A stretch of 17,545 nucleotides of DNA, taken from assembly GCF_006345805.1 (NCBI RefSeq), contig NW_021824893.1, positions 1-17,545 of the forward strand, read 5' to 3'. The first letter of the stretch is position 1. Every line of letters begins with the position of its first letter. A program made the position numbers and the translations under genes. The notes under the pieces were generated by a model. The model saw nothing but the letters and a program-made list of their open reading frames with translations, was not told the origin of the DNA and ran no database searches. Source of the DNA: Octopus sinensis. Taxonomy: Eukaryota. Shown here piece after piece: positions 1-10,799 of the stretch.

Positions 1-294
1 TAGTAAAAGTACAAACGTCCAAAAATAAAAAAAAAAATCAGATAATGAAAATAAAAATATTGAAGTTAAAATCATTGGAGATGTTAACCACAAAAATTAG
101 ATATCGCATTTGAAATTGGAGGAAAGTTACAAACCACAATAAATCGAAACCGTTGCTTAGATAGACAATAATAATTAACCATCGCCGAAGCAAAGCAACG
201 CAGACGAAAATATAGTCAAAGGTGAAATGGAGAATGATTGAAGAACATAAATTTCGAATGTAACAAAACTGGTTTCAAATTCTGAAACAATTTT

Positions 295-475
295 AGGGGG
301 AGAATGGTTAGTCAGTTATCTCAACACCAGGGCTGAACTGGGGTCTTCTTTCCTGACCCTGAAAAAGTAAAAGGAAATGTTGATGATGACGAGATTTGAA
401 CTTAAAATGTAAAGAGCCGAGTTGTAATATCGCTAAGCACTCGTCTACACGTTAACGATTTTGCCTGCTCGCTGC
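295..475 (-). mobile_element. Old degenerate SINE copy, same family as 3855-4064
   Basis: Aligns loosely with the reverse complement of 3855-4064: gaccctgaaaaagtaaaaggaaatgttga ~ gaccccgaaaggatgaaaggcaaagtcga; gagatttgaac ~ ggaatttgaac (B-box); cgctaagcactcg ~ ggctacgcatttcg. Confidence 0.6.
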
Positions 476-559
476 AGCGCCTATTGTGCCAACAGAAAGC
501 TTAAAATAATCAATAAATTAAAATCGATTATAGACCTTAGTATTAAAAAAGAAAAGCCT

Positions 560-1030
560 AATCAAGTTAGAATATTAACCATAAAATAGCAACGAGTTAA
601 TGAAAATACAAAGTTAGCCATTACAGAGTTAATAACAGCAAATGCGAACTTCAATAAATGCGACAGCCGTGAAAGATGAAAAGAAAATTAGGAATTCTTT
701 GATATCAACTCATCTAGGAATATCGGTATTTAAACTATGGAAAAGGATAGCGCAGTTAAAGGAATGCCAAGAGAAAGTTCCAGATAAAAAGTACAGCATC
801 TGAACACTTAACAGAAACCATGTCAGCTTGAGACGTCGGCCAGAAGTTACAAGGAAATGAAGAACTAGAAGACATCAAAGAATTATGAAGTCCCAAATCT
901 CTAGTTGGAATATTTAATGATCTTCTGAAAAAGCCCGAAAGGGTTACTGCCTGTTTCACCAAGGGAAACACATCTAATCCTTCTAAATAAAAAAGTTGCA
1001 GGCCTCGAAATGTTCAACCCTATAAACTGC
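560..1030 (+). mobile_element. Possible highly decayed non-LTR retrotransposon (R4/Dong-like) ORF relic
   Basis: 901-990 reads LVGIFNDLLKKPERVTACFTKGNT, reminiscent of the FNxxxxxPxxxPxWLTxGxT segment preceding the RT domain in R4/Dong-like elements. Many stops and frameshifts; resemblance is from memory only. Confidence 0.25.
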
Positions 1031-1310
1031 TTTTTTTATATCTTTCAATGATTCCCCGACAATAATATCGCTGATGATAAATAAGTGTAAAATATATTTA
1101 TTTCTAGTAGAAGAGAAAATATGTTGTAAGGGGACGTAGAGACGTGTGATTATAATTAAAGTCTCTGATTATAATCATCCGTCTTCTTGGGTAAAGAAAC
1201 CATAATGGAATTTTGAAACAACAGAATGAAAAGATGAGAGTAAAAAACCATGACGGATACAAACAGGGATGTGAGAAGTATTTGCTAATTTAATTCACCA
1301 TTTATCTCTT

Positions 1311-1534
1311 TCACGTTGCTTCAGTCCATTCGGCTGCAAAGGAGCGAACCTATGATGGACTGGCCCCCTGTCCGATCTCTGTCATACATACCCAGTGGAA
1401 ACCGGTTGACAGGCTCTATTGAGTCCTTCGTGGTCCTGGAGGTTAAGATGTTGCTCTCATGATCGCAGGATAGTGGTTTCGGTTCTAGGACCGGGCGGGG
1501 CGTTATGTCCTCAAACAATGCATTTCATCTCACG
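1311..1534 (+). mobile_element. Degenerate tRNA-derived SINE with body (1311-1427) placed before head (1428-1534)
   Basis: 1428-1534 resembles the head of the SINE at 7137 (ggttaagatg...gatcgcaggatagtggtttcggttctaggaccgggcg). 1311-1427 contains aacctatgatggactggccccctgtcc and ggaaaccgg, resembling a V-domain-type SINE core. Confidence 0.55.
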
Positions 1535-2432
1535 GGTCGAAACAGGACTTTTACTAGGTCTTCTCGAAAAACATTTAAATCTTGGAATTCTGACAAAGTA
1601 AAATGCAAACAATTTCTTCAAGTCACGCAGATATATACCTTGTATTATTCAAGCAACCAAAAACAAAACTGATTTTTTTTCCCTTCTCAGTCCATACAAT
1701 GTCTTTACTATAAATTATGAACTGCATCCTGCTCCCGTTACTTAAGATAAGGAACTGCACCTAATTCCCTTATTTATTTACGATTAAATGTCAAGTGTTT
1801 TGGCGGTGCGGGTGCTAGGATACGAACTCTCTACTCGCCATAGATTTGGCAGCCAATTGCAGACATCTTAAACATACAGAATTGAAATTAATGATGCGGT
1901 AACTAATATCAAGTGACTTGTTAATTTTAATGCAACGCAATCAGGAAAATAGCTAATTACATTAATGCATGAAACGGCAACAAAAGATCGAAATAACTCA
2001 TTAGCGTTCGGGGAAATTCATTTACACGTTTTCATATCGTATTTTTTTCCCTAGTTTTATTCGTTTAATACAGCAGATCACAATACATTGCTAACAACAT
2101 CTAATTAGTCGCTAATGGCTTTCTGTTCCGCTTCACTAAACCAAACCATATAATTATTCATAGACCTCAGTACTCCGTTACATAGTAAATAGGCTTATGG
2201 ACATTGAGTTCTACCCACAAGAGGCTTACGGCCGATGGATACATTGGATAATTCCACGATCGTTTCTTTTTCTATTACCATCAGTATTCAGTCAGAACTG
2301 TACATTACAGTCATAGCTTAAACAATATCACTTTCATCACAAAGTAAACTTGCAGATAACACGGTGAAAGAAATATCAAACACAGATTCTCTATTCTCTC
2401 GTGTCTTTCTCTCCTCCTCATCATCATTTCAT

Positions 2433-2456
2433 TCTCTCTCTCTCTCTCTCTCTCTC
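2433..2456. repeat. (TC)n microsatellite
   Basis: Perfect TC run. Confidence 0.95.
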
Positions 2457-2877
2457 GTTTAACGCTAATATCAGCTCTTGTGTTAACAGTGATAATATCT
2501 ACATTTTTAATTAATGTTATCTTCGTTAAGTAAATATCAAATAATTGGTTATCTTCCCGGCCATTTTCTAAAATATAGGTCTTTCAGTCGCGTTACGTTC
2601 ATACTTTGGCGAGATACATTGGTCTAATACTAACTGGCTAGATCAACAGAGACATATATCTAACTATGGGGTAGACAGTTATGATAAACCGCCACTGAGC
2701 ACAGATTTTTAACGACAGGAGAATTCTGTATTTAATAAATGTTTATTTACTCCGTTCCATTATATTCCTTGGCTCAAATCTTCAGGGAATTGAACGACAG
2801 AAGACTGAAAATTCAGAAATCAGGAAAACACATCAAGTATTCAATTCTCTCGTCGATGTTTACAACTTATAAAATGA

Positions 2878-3254
2878 CTAGCAGTATCGCCCGGCGTTGC
2901 TCGGGTTTGTAAGGGAAATAACTATAAAGCATTTTTAGAGAGTTACAGCCAAAAAATAGAAAAAAATGAAAAAAAATTATGGTAAATTTTTTGAGAGTTA
3001 AAAAGGTCGAGTTGCAATCCCCTAGACAGTCTGTGGTTTGTGTTTCTGATTCTCGACCCCATGTCGAATTTTATCGATTTTTTTCAGAACTGGGGAACTT
3101 TTCAAATTTTCGCTGCGTTAGTTTTGAAATATGACATTGGGCTATGTGTGTTTCAAGTTTCATCAGAATCGGTTGAAAGCCATGGTCAGGTGAGGGTAAA
3201 CCTGACAGAACACAGACACACAGACAGACAAACTGCCGTTTATATATAGAGAGA
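2878..3254 (-). mobile_element. Non-autonomous Helitron-like element, copy 1
   Basis: Minus strand starts TC (TCTCTCTATATATAAACGGCAG) and ends CTAG, inserted between A and T with no TSD. Subterminal GC hairpin CCCGAGCAACGCCGGG lies about 12 nt from the 3' end. Second copy at 12468-12875. Confidence 0.85.
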
Positions 3255-3509
3255 TAGTAGTGCACAAGAGAAATAATGGTATCTTTTGTGGTTAGCTTTA
3301 TAAGTTTTATCGATCATGAAGGGATCAAAGCACTTGGTTTCATAGTTATTTTAAACTTATAAATGAGGACGGTAAAGATTTTCGAAACTTAATATTTTTA
3401 ACGTTGAGGTCATGTGGCCGAAATTAAATTTTCTCCGTAGTTTCACTGTTTCTAAGAACATACATTGATTCACTTCACCAAATTTCGGAATTGTAAAAGA
3501 ATACTTATA

Positions 3510-3724
3510 TGATGGAGTACTTAAAAGTTCCTGGCTTTTAGAGTATTAGAGTAACAGAAAAGGCCTGGTGGAAGGGCCAACCTTCCGAGTTCTTTTACGG
3601 GGCTTAGAAAAACTGAAGGACCGCTGCAATAAGTGTGTGAATCTGAGAGGGGAATAAAATCATATTTTACTGATCCTCCTGTACTTTCGGTTACTCAAAG
3701 CCAACAACTTTTCAGCAGCCCTCG
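3510..3724 (+). mobile_element. Mariner-derived MITE / internally deleted mariner
   Basis: Flanked by TA (3508-3509, 3725-3726). Imperfect ~28-bp TIRs (tgatggagtacttaaaagttcctggcttt / aaagccaacaacttttcagcagccctcg). 3601-3654 encodes GLEKLKDRCNKCVNLRGE, matching the mariner transposase C-terminus (GIxKLxxRWxKCxxxxGxY). Confidence 0.85.
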
Positions 3725-3854
3725 TATACTTCACTTACCTACGATATATTAGTGTTCTTTTTACCTGTATTTACGATTGACTATCATGTACTTAACTGAA
3801 TACAAAACCAGGATTAAGGGCTGATTTCACTTATGTTCTGACATATTTATTATC

Positions 3855-4064
3855 TTAGCACGCCGGGCGAAATGCGTAGCCGTATTTCGCTTGCCGTTAC
3901 GTTCTGGGTTCAAATTCCGCCGAGGTCGACTTTGCCTTTCATCCTTTCGGGGTCGATAAATTAAGTACCAGTTAAGCACTGGAGTCGATGTAACCGACTT
4001 AATCCGTTTGTCTGTCCTTGTTTGTCCACTCTGTGTTTAGCCCCTTGTGGGTAGTAAAGAAATA
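3855..4064 (+). mobile_element. tRNA-derived SINE with Nin-like central domain, slightly 5'-truncated
   Basis: B-box gggttcaaattcc followed by gcctttcatcctttcggggtcgataaattaagtaccag (recalled Nin-SINE core), then an A-rich end. Degenerate relatives at 295-475 and 9962-10335. Confidence 0.8.
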
Positions 4065-4506
4065 TATTATCTTTCCATACTTCAATAATTAATGATAATA
4101 TATTTTTTAATGATGCAATTTTCTTAATCTTATATAAAACGAGGTAAACAGAAGCAATTATGGAATAATTTTCGCTTGTTTAATAAACTTTGCATTTTAA
4201 TAAACTCTTGGTGATTGTGAATAAGATCTTCGTCTCCAGTAATTGCCCAGGGTTCTGCAAAGACAAAAAAACCTTTCTACTTACAAAAAATATATTCAAA
4301 GAATGGAGATGAATTACCAAAGATGATTCCGAAGACGCAGCTGTTGTTGTATTGTAAAGCAACCTGAATTTAACGTTTAATGGAGAAATTAAAAAATTTT
4401 TCATGGATAATTGTGTGCGGCAGAGTGGTGCCAAATATCAGAGAAAGAGTCAATTTATAATTGCGTTAATGAAGATAACAATATAATTTTTAATAACATG
4501 TGTTGA

Positions 4507-4783
4507 CGGCGGCGGTGGTGTTGGTCGTGGTGGTCGTGGTGGTGTTGGTCGTGGTGGTGGTGTTGGTGGTCGTGGTGGTCGTGGTGGTCGTGGTGGTGGT
4601 GGTGGTCGTGGTGGTGGTGTTGGTCGTGGTGTTTGTGGTGGTCGTGGTGGTCGTGGTGTTGGTCGTGGTGTTTGTGGTGTTAGGTCGTGGTGGTCGTGGT
4701 GGTCGTGGTGGTCGTGGTGGTCGTGGTGGTGGTGTTGGTCGTGGTGTGTTTTTGGTGGTCGTGGTGTGGTCGTGGTGGTCGTG

Positions 4784-4818
<35 letters not shown>

Positions 4819-5110
4819 GTGGAGGTCGTGTTGGTGGTGTTGGTCGTGGTCGGGTCGTGTCGGTGGGGTGGGTGGTGGTGGTGGTGGTGTGGTCGTGGTG
4901 GTCGTGGTGGTCGTGGTGGTCGTGGTGTCGTGGTTGTGGTGTTGGTCGTGGTCGTGTGGTCGTGGTGGTCGTGTTGGTCGTGTCTGTGGTCGTGGTCGTG
5001 GTCGTGTCGTGGTCGGTGGTCGTGGTGTTGTCGTGGTCGGGGTTGTGGTGGTGGTGATGGTCGTGGTCGTGGTGGTCGTGGTGGTCGTGGTGGCGGCGGC
5101 GGTGGTGGCA
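4507..5110. repeat. Compound trinucleotide array (GTG/GTC/GTT)n, ~600 bp
   Basis: Dominant units GTGGTGGTC and GTGTTGGTC; almost no A on the + strand. Confidence 0.97.
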
Positions 5111-5286
5111 GGGTGTATAAATTTTGTCATAGTAATTAATGTTGATGCCCATTTTAAATAATGCTTTGTAAAGCTCTTTGTCGTTAATTTAATCAGATGC
5201 GTTGTCACAAAAAAAAACAAAATTAAAAAAAAGAAAAATGTCTAATATTTCAAAAGTAACAAGCTGAACATCAACCTCAGTGATAC

Positions 5287-5327
5287 CACACACACACACA
5301 CACACACCACACACAACACACACACAC
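5287..5327. repeat. (CA)n microsatellite
   Basis: Interrupted CA run. Confidence 0.95.
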
Positions 5328-5587
5328 GATGCATGCATATGTACACATATTACAACCATCCCTGCATGTCTTCATAAACTAGTAAAATTCTTTACAAAAT
5401 GTTGTTCTTCAAAAATTTTCTAGCTGCGTCTGTCGTCATCGTCGTCTCGTCGTCGTCGTCGCAAGACATTATTAAGCCTATTGACATCGATGTAGCTATT
5501 GTTATTACTGTTCCTGATGTTGTTGCTGTTGTTCTTGTTATTGTTGTCGTCGTCTTTGCTGTCGCTGTTCATTGCGGCGTCGACGAC

Positions 5588-6510
5588 GAAGGAGAAGAAG
5601 AAGAAGAAGAAGAAGAAGAAGAAGAAAAGAAGGGGAGAAGAAGAAGAAGGGGAAGAAGGGGAAGAAGAAGAAGAAGAAGAAGAAGGGGAAGAAGAAGAAG
5701 AAGAGGAAGAAGAAGAGGGGGAGAAGAAGAAGAAAGAAAAGGGGAAGAAGAAGAAGAAGAAGAAGAAGAAGAAGGGGAGAAGAAGAATGAGAAGAAGAAG
5801 AAGAAGAAGAAGGAGAAGAAGAAGAAGAAGAAGAAGAAGAAGGAGAAGAAGAAGAAGAAGAAGAAGAAGAGAAGGAGAAGAAGAAGAAGAAGAAGAAGAA
5901 GAAGAAGAAGAAGAAGCAGAAGAAGAAGCAGAAGAAGCAGAAGAAGAAGCAGAAGAAGCAGAAGAAGAAGAAGAAGAAAAAGAAGAAGAAGAAGGGGAAG
6001 AAGAAGAAGAGAAGGGTAGAAGAAGAAGAAGAAGAAGAGACGAAGAAGAAGAAGAAGAAGAAGAAGAAGAAGAAGAAAAGAAGAAGAAAAATAAGAAGAA
6101 TGAGAAGGAGAAGAAGAATGAGAAGAAGAAGAAGAAGAAGAAGAAGAGAAGAGAAGGAGAAGAAAAGAATAAAAAGAAGAAGAAGAAGAAAGAGAAGGAG
6201 AAGGAAGAAGTGGAAACAAGAAGAAGAAGAAGAAGAAGAGACGAAGAAGAAGAAGACGAAACGAGAAGAAGAAGCAGAAGAAGAAGAAGAAGCAGAAGAA
6301 GAAGAAGAGAAGAAGAATAGGGAAGAAGAAGAAGAAGAAGGGTAAAGAAGAAGAAGAAGAAGAAGAAGAAGAAGAAGACGAAGAAGAAGAAAAGAAGAAG
6401 AAGAAAAAAAAAGTTGAAGAAAAGAAAAGAAGAAAAATAAGAAGAATGAGAAGGAGAAGAAGAATGAGAAGAAGAAGAAGAAGAAGAAGAAGAAGAAGAA
6501 GAAGAAGAAG
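5588..6510. repeat. (GAA)n polypurine array, ~920 bp
   Basis: GAA repeats with GGA/GCA/GAC/GGG variants, preceded by degenerate (GTC)n/(GTT)n at about 5430-5587. Confidence 0.98.
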
Positions 6511-6864
6511 GTGGTAAGCTCCGTTGACGATAGCGACCTCACAGATTGTTGTCAAGCCGCATAGAAGCAGCGGTTTCAATGGACGTTTGTCTGCGCGTTA
6601 TGTTTCAAAGAGGATCTAATATTTTGACAAGCTATCTGATCGTTTTAAATGGAGAGGAAATTAATTATACAAGCATAATGAGAAAAATTAACATTTCTTC
6701 ATTATGTTTGCTTAATTAATTTATTCTCTATGAAATTGATGCTATTATAATTCACATCATTTTCATATAAATATATCTGGCTTTATTTTTTTTTTATTCT
6801 ATTTTTAACATTATTCTTTGAGAATCTCGCAGCACCAAACATGTGAACCGGTTCTCTTGTTTCT

Positions 6865-7022
6865 TTTATCTTTTACTTGTTTCAATCATTAGAACGTGGC
6901 CACGCTGGAGCACTACCTTGAAGGGTTTACACGACCCCAGTTCAATTTTCCTGTAAGCCCGGTACTTGCTTTGTCGATTCTTATCGCCGAACCGTTAAGT
7001 TACGATGACAAAAACAAACTGA
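6865..7022. mobile_element. Degenerate fragment of an abundant octopus-type interspersed repeat
   Basis: ttttacttgtttcaatcattagaacgtggccacgctggagcactaccttgaag...gccgaaccgttaagttacg resembles a high-copy octopus repeat recalled from memory. No second copy in the window. Confidence 0.5.
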
Positions 7023-7095
7023 CACGCTAATTTCACGAATTGGCTGGTCTGTTGACCGGATCAACTGGAACACTAGTCGTTGTAACCGACGGAGG
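7023..7095 (+). mobile_element. Old 3'-end fragment of the SINE family at 7137
   Basis: cacgctaatttcacga...ggatcaactggaac...gtcgttgtaaccgacggag aligns with 7439-7511. Confidence 0.75.
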
Positions 7096-7136
7096 ACCAG
7101 TTTACACATTGCATCGTACGTACTTTTGTTCTTAGT

Positions 7137-7528
7137 GGAGGCGCAATGGCCCAGTGGTTAGGTCAGCGGACTCGCGGTCATAGGATCGCGGTTTCGATTC
7201 CCAGACCGGGCGTTGTGAGTGTTTATTGAGCGAAAACACCTAAAGCACCACGAGGCTCCGGCAGGAGATGGTGGTGATCCCTGCTGTACTCTTTCACCAC
7301 AACTTTCTCTCACTCTTACTTCCTGTTTCTGTTGTACCTGTATTTCAAAGGGCCGGACTTGTCACTCTCTGTGTCACGCTGAATATCCCCGAGAACTACG
7401 TTAAGGGTACACGTGTATGTGGAGTGCTCAGCCACTTACACGTTAATTTCACGAGCAGGCTGTTCCGTTGATTCGGATCAACCGGAACCCTCATCGTCGT
7501 AACCGACGGAGTGCTTCCAAAAAAAAAA
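7137..7528 (+). mobile_element. Full-length tRNA-derived SINE (octopus OR-type), copy A
   Basis: A-box tggcccagtgg (7147-7157), B-box ggtttcgattcc (7190-7201), poly(A) tail. 15-bp TSD acttttgttc(t t/t c)agt at 7122-7136 and 7529-7543 with 1 mismatch. Confidence 0.93.
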
Positions 7529-8016
7529 ACTTTTGTTCTCAGTTGAAGTTTTATAGTTTTGAAGTGATGTCTATTTTGCCACTCTGAAGACCTTTCAAGC
7601 ATGAAAACAAATCTTTCGCTTCTGAACTAACGATCTGTTAAGGTTTCATGAGTGACTTTTCATGTTCACTTAATGTATGAAGCTAATATGGTCTGAATAA
7701 CTAAGAGGGGTATTAATCGTGATTTTTGTTCACTCTTCATTTCGTTTGTAAATGATTGAGGAGTCCAACGCATTTTTCATCTCTCTCAACTCTTTAACAT
7801 CAAATTCAGGTCGGCTTAATTGTGTTAGAACACACATGACCAAATGTCATTGGTTATGAGCGTTATAGAAATAAAAACAAAATCATTGTGTGTATATGTG
7901 GATGTCCATACAAACTGCAATAACGAACTTCAACTTTGATTTCAAATCACAGCGCTGTGAATAAGAATGAATTCAATCAATAAAACTAACTTCTATATCT
8001 GCTACTGAACAACATG

Positions 8017-8405
8017 GAGGGATGGAAGCACTCCGTCGGTTGCGACGAGGAGGGTTCCGGTTGATCCGAATCAACGGAACAGCCTGCTCGTGAAATTAAC
8101 GTGTAAGTGGCTGAGCACTCCACAGACACGTGTACCCTTAATGTAGTTCTCGGGGATATTCAGCGTGACACAGAGAGTGACAAGGCCGGCCCTTTGAAAT
8201 ACAGGTACAACATAAACAGGAAGTAAGAGTGAGAGAAAGTTGTGGTGAAAGAGTACAGCAGGGATCACCACCATCCCCTGCCGGAGCCTCGTGGAGCTTT
8301 AGGTGTTTTCGCTCAATAAACACTCACGACGCCCGGTCTGGGAATCGAATCCGCGATCCTACGACCGCGAGTCCGCTGCCCTAACCACTGGGCCATTGCG
8401 ACTCC
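8017..8405 (-). mobile_element. Full-length tRNA-derived SINE, copy B, inverted relative to A
   Basis: Reverse complement of copy A with about 13 substitutions in ~383 bp. Perfect 13-bp TSD actgaacaacatg (8004-8016, 8406-8418). Confidence 0.95.
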
Positions 8406-8764
8406 ACTGAACAACATGCAATATACTGATAGCAATTCTATCGATTATAAGACATTACTAAGAATTTGTAGGACAATGGTCATAAGTTTGAAATTCTGAT
8501 TTGTAAAATATAACCATCCACAAATTTTATTCCTCTTTGGTGAAATTTTATAGTACCACTTGAATCTAAAGGTGGCCGAAAATATTCTCAGAATGATACA
8601 AACAAGCAGATTCTATCATTGACTGCCAGGTGTTTCCGTGCCAAGCCAAACCAATTTTATATGTCATTTTGGACAACCAGAGTCCTTTCAAATATACGCA
8701 TCTTGCATTCGTAAACACCTTTTACTTTCACTTTCACGCAGTTCTCCTACAGTTTCGTGAAGGT

Positions 8765-8880
8765 CATGTATGTAGGTATATATGTATCTATGTATGTATA
8801 ATGGTATCGATGTATGAAGTTACGCACGTATGTATATATGGACTGATGGATGTGTTCATGTATACGTGCGTACACATATG
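8765..8880. repeat. Degenerate (TATG)n low-complexity tract
   Basis: Recurrent tatg/atgt units. Confidence 0.7.
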
Positions 8881-9225
8881 CTGTCATTTCAAATTATGTT
8901 TGAGCTTTTAAAAGAATGAAACCTTGGAGACAAAGTGAAGAGACCTTCGTGTTTGTGTCAAAGTCATGTATATCTGTTTACGTGAATTGTATGACACCTC
9001 TATAGCGTTCTATAAAAATCAAATAGAGGCCCTCCTGAATTTACCACTATTTCCTTTTTCTCTCTTTCTTTTCTTGGCGGGAGTAAGGGTGACAAATTAC
9101 ATTAGCTGATTGGTTGAATATAATGATGTGTCTTTCGTTCGAATACAGTGCAACAACATTCACAGGAATCGAATTAACACCACTTTCCTGTCATCCAAAC
9201 GTATGCACCAAACTGCAATATACAT

Positions 9226-9226
9226 G

Positions 9227-9270
<44 letters not shown>

Positions 9271-9413
9271 ATTATATATACGTATACACACACACAAATA
9301 CACACATATACACTATACATGTATATGTAGATTTATGTATACATATATATATATATATGTATCTGTATATTTATATATATACGTGTGTGTGTATGTATAC
9401 ATATACATGTGTG

Positions 9414-9501
<88 letters not shown>
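9226..9501. repeat. (TA)n with (CA)/(TG) interruptions
   Basis: Long TA runs. Confidence 0.97.
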
Positions 9502-9503
<2 letters not shown>

Positions 9504-9961
9504 CTTGTAACAGCTTGTGCACTGTTTCTGGCCACCAAATCCTGGTTCATTGGAATGAATAGGCGGAAGAGAGGAAATGAAATTGAATGCCTCTACTGTG
9601 AATCGAAACTGCATAGCCTGATGTCGCATCTGTAACTTTAAGTCGATTACCATATAGCGCTAATGCTAATAAAATTTCTCACCAAATGATAAATGGTTCA
9701 CAAGAATCTCAAAATTTCACTTAATTTGACGCAAAACTGCGTTGACCTTGTCACAGCATCTACCATAATTTCAAACTATCTTCAAAGTTAAGATGTATTT
9801 AGCGGTTATCTGTATTACAGAATGGAATTGATTTCCACATCGTAATGTAATATAAAGTCAGAGAGAAAGAAGATGAAAGTATACAGGAGCCATATTTATA
9901 AAGTAAAAGTTTATAATTGAGTTTATACAATGACAAGATTATATTAGCGAAATGTCTAAAG

Positions 9962-10335
9962 ACGGCAGATTCATTGCAACGAGAGAAAACAAACTGCTTG
10001 TACGCATTTTTTCCGACGTGTTACGTTCCCTGTTCAAATTCCATGGCGGTGAACTTTGTCGATAAAATATAGTACAGAAGTCTGAGAACATTCCAAAAAC
10101 TTAGTCTCCTAAAATAAAATCTCAGAAATGAGGTGAAGTCGACAGTTTTCTGATTAAGTTAAGCACAGTTCTGGGATGGCTACCGACTATGAAAATTGCA
10201 AAGAAACAGCAACGGTTTGGCACTTGTGTGGTCCTGAGTGTCTGACTCTGCTATGACCATATCCACAATTTGGACAACAAATAACGGAGTCGATATAATT
10301 GAACGACTACAGACCCAAGCTATCACTAGAACCAA
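9962..10335 (+). mobile_element. Old Nin-like SINE interrupted by a 217-bp insertion
   Basis: ttacgttccctgttcaaattccatggcggtgaactttgtcgataaaa matches 3897-3960 with a deletion. Similarity resumes at 10286 (ggagtcgatataattga ~ ggagtcgatgtaaccga, 3981). Confidence 0.6.
10062..10278 (+). repeat. Inverted repeat arm 1 (~217 bp)
   Basis: Reverse complement of 14846-15060 with about 7 substitutions and one 2-nt indel. Confidence 0.95.
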
Positions 10336-10447
10336 AAACCTGTAAAATCTTCCGGAAGTTTATCGTTTGAGTATACATGTACATGTCTGGACATACATAA
10401 AACGAAATATACAAATCTGCACATACACTCACTCCAAATACTGCATG

Positions 10448-10449
<2 letters not shown>

Positions 10450-10490
<41 letters not shown>
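10450..10490. repeat. (AC)n microsatellite
   Basis: About 20 perfect units. Confidence 0.97.
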
Positions 10491-10494
<4 letters not shown>

Positions 10495-10682
10495 AGGCAA
10501 AAAGACAAGAGACGCAGGAGGAAGGCGCGATTCGCCTCTGACATCACACCAGATGTTACCTTCGCGTGTGGCCACTGCTCACGGACCTGCCTTTCCCGTA
10601 TCTAGACTTGTCAGGTATGAGTGTGCATGCACACGACATGGACAGCCTTACTGATCTTCGTTCGCGAAGCCGAGCCGTGATG
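10491..10682 (+). mobile_element. RTE-clade LINE 3' end (C-terminal zinc finger plus short tail), frameshifted
   Basis: From 10504: DKRRRRKARFASDITPDVTFACGHCSRTCLSRI, then a +1 shift to RLVRYECACTRHGQPY* (stop 10652-10654). Matches the RTE C-terminus KRxxRK...CxxCxRxCxSRIGLxSH, followed by tcttcgttcgcgaagccgagccgtgatg. Confidence 0.85.
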
Positions 10683-10799
10683 TCTATATAGTATTTATGT
10701 ATGTACATAGGCAAGTACGTATTTATGCTCGTTTGTATTTATGTATGTACGTATTTGTGTATGTACATAGGCATGTAGGTTTTAATGTTTGTAAGTGTC

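Noticed and set aside
1071-1095. ctgatga as another hammerhead core
   Set aside because: No stem II or GAAA box follows at a suitable distance.
1670-1770. Splice-acceptor-like ttttttttcccttctcag and two gaactgca repeats
   Set aside because: No convincing open exon or donor follows; such short matches are expected by chance in AT-rich DNA.
4290-4436. LTFNGEIKKFFMDNCVRQSG as an RT-domain (GVRQG) relic
   Set aside because: A single short resemblance without the following PLSP motif or a continuous frame; cannot be supported.
4450-6579. Long overlapping ORFs (poly-T/V/P/H, poly-E/K/R/F/L/S) as mucin-like or charged proteins
   Set aside because: Open in most frames on both strands only because the trinucleotide arrays lack stop codons; no unique domain or splice evidence.
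7137-7210. tRNA gene (also the heads at 8335-8405 and 14575-14643)
   Set aside because: A/B boxes are present but they continue into SINE bodies with TSDs, and I cannot fold a clean cloverleaf.
7219-8323. Duplicated 61-67 aa ORFs as a small gene pair
   Set aside because: They lie wholly within the two SINE copies and use non-ATG or incidental starts.
9110-9562. YI-repeat ORFs (also 16992-17363)
   Set aside because: Translations of (TA)n.
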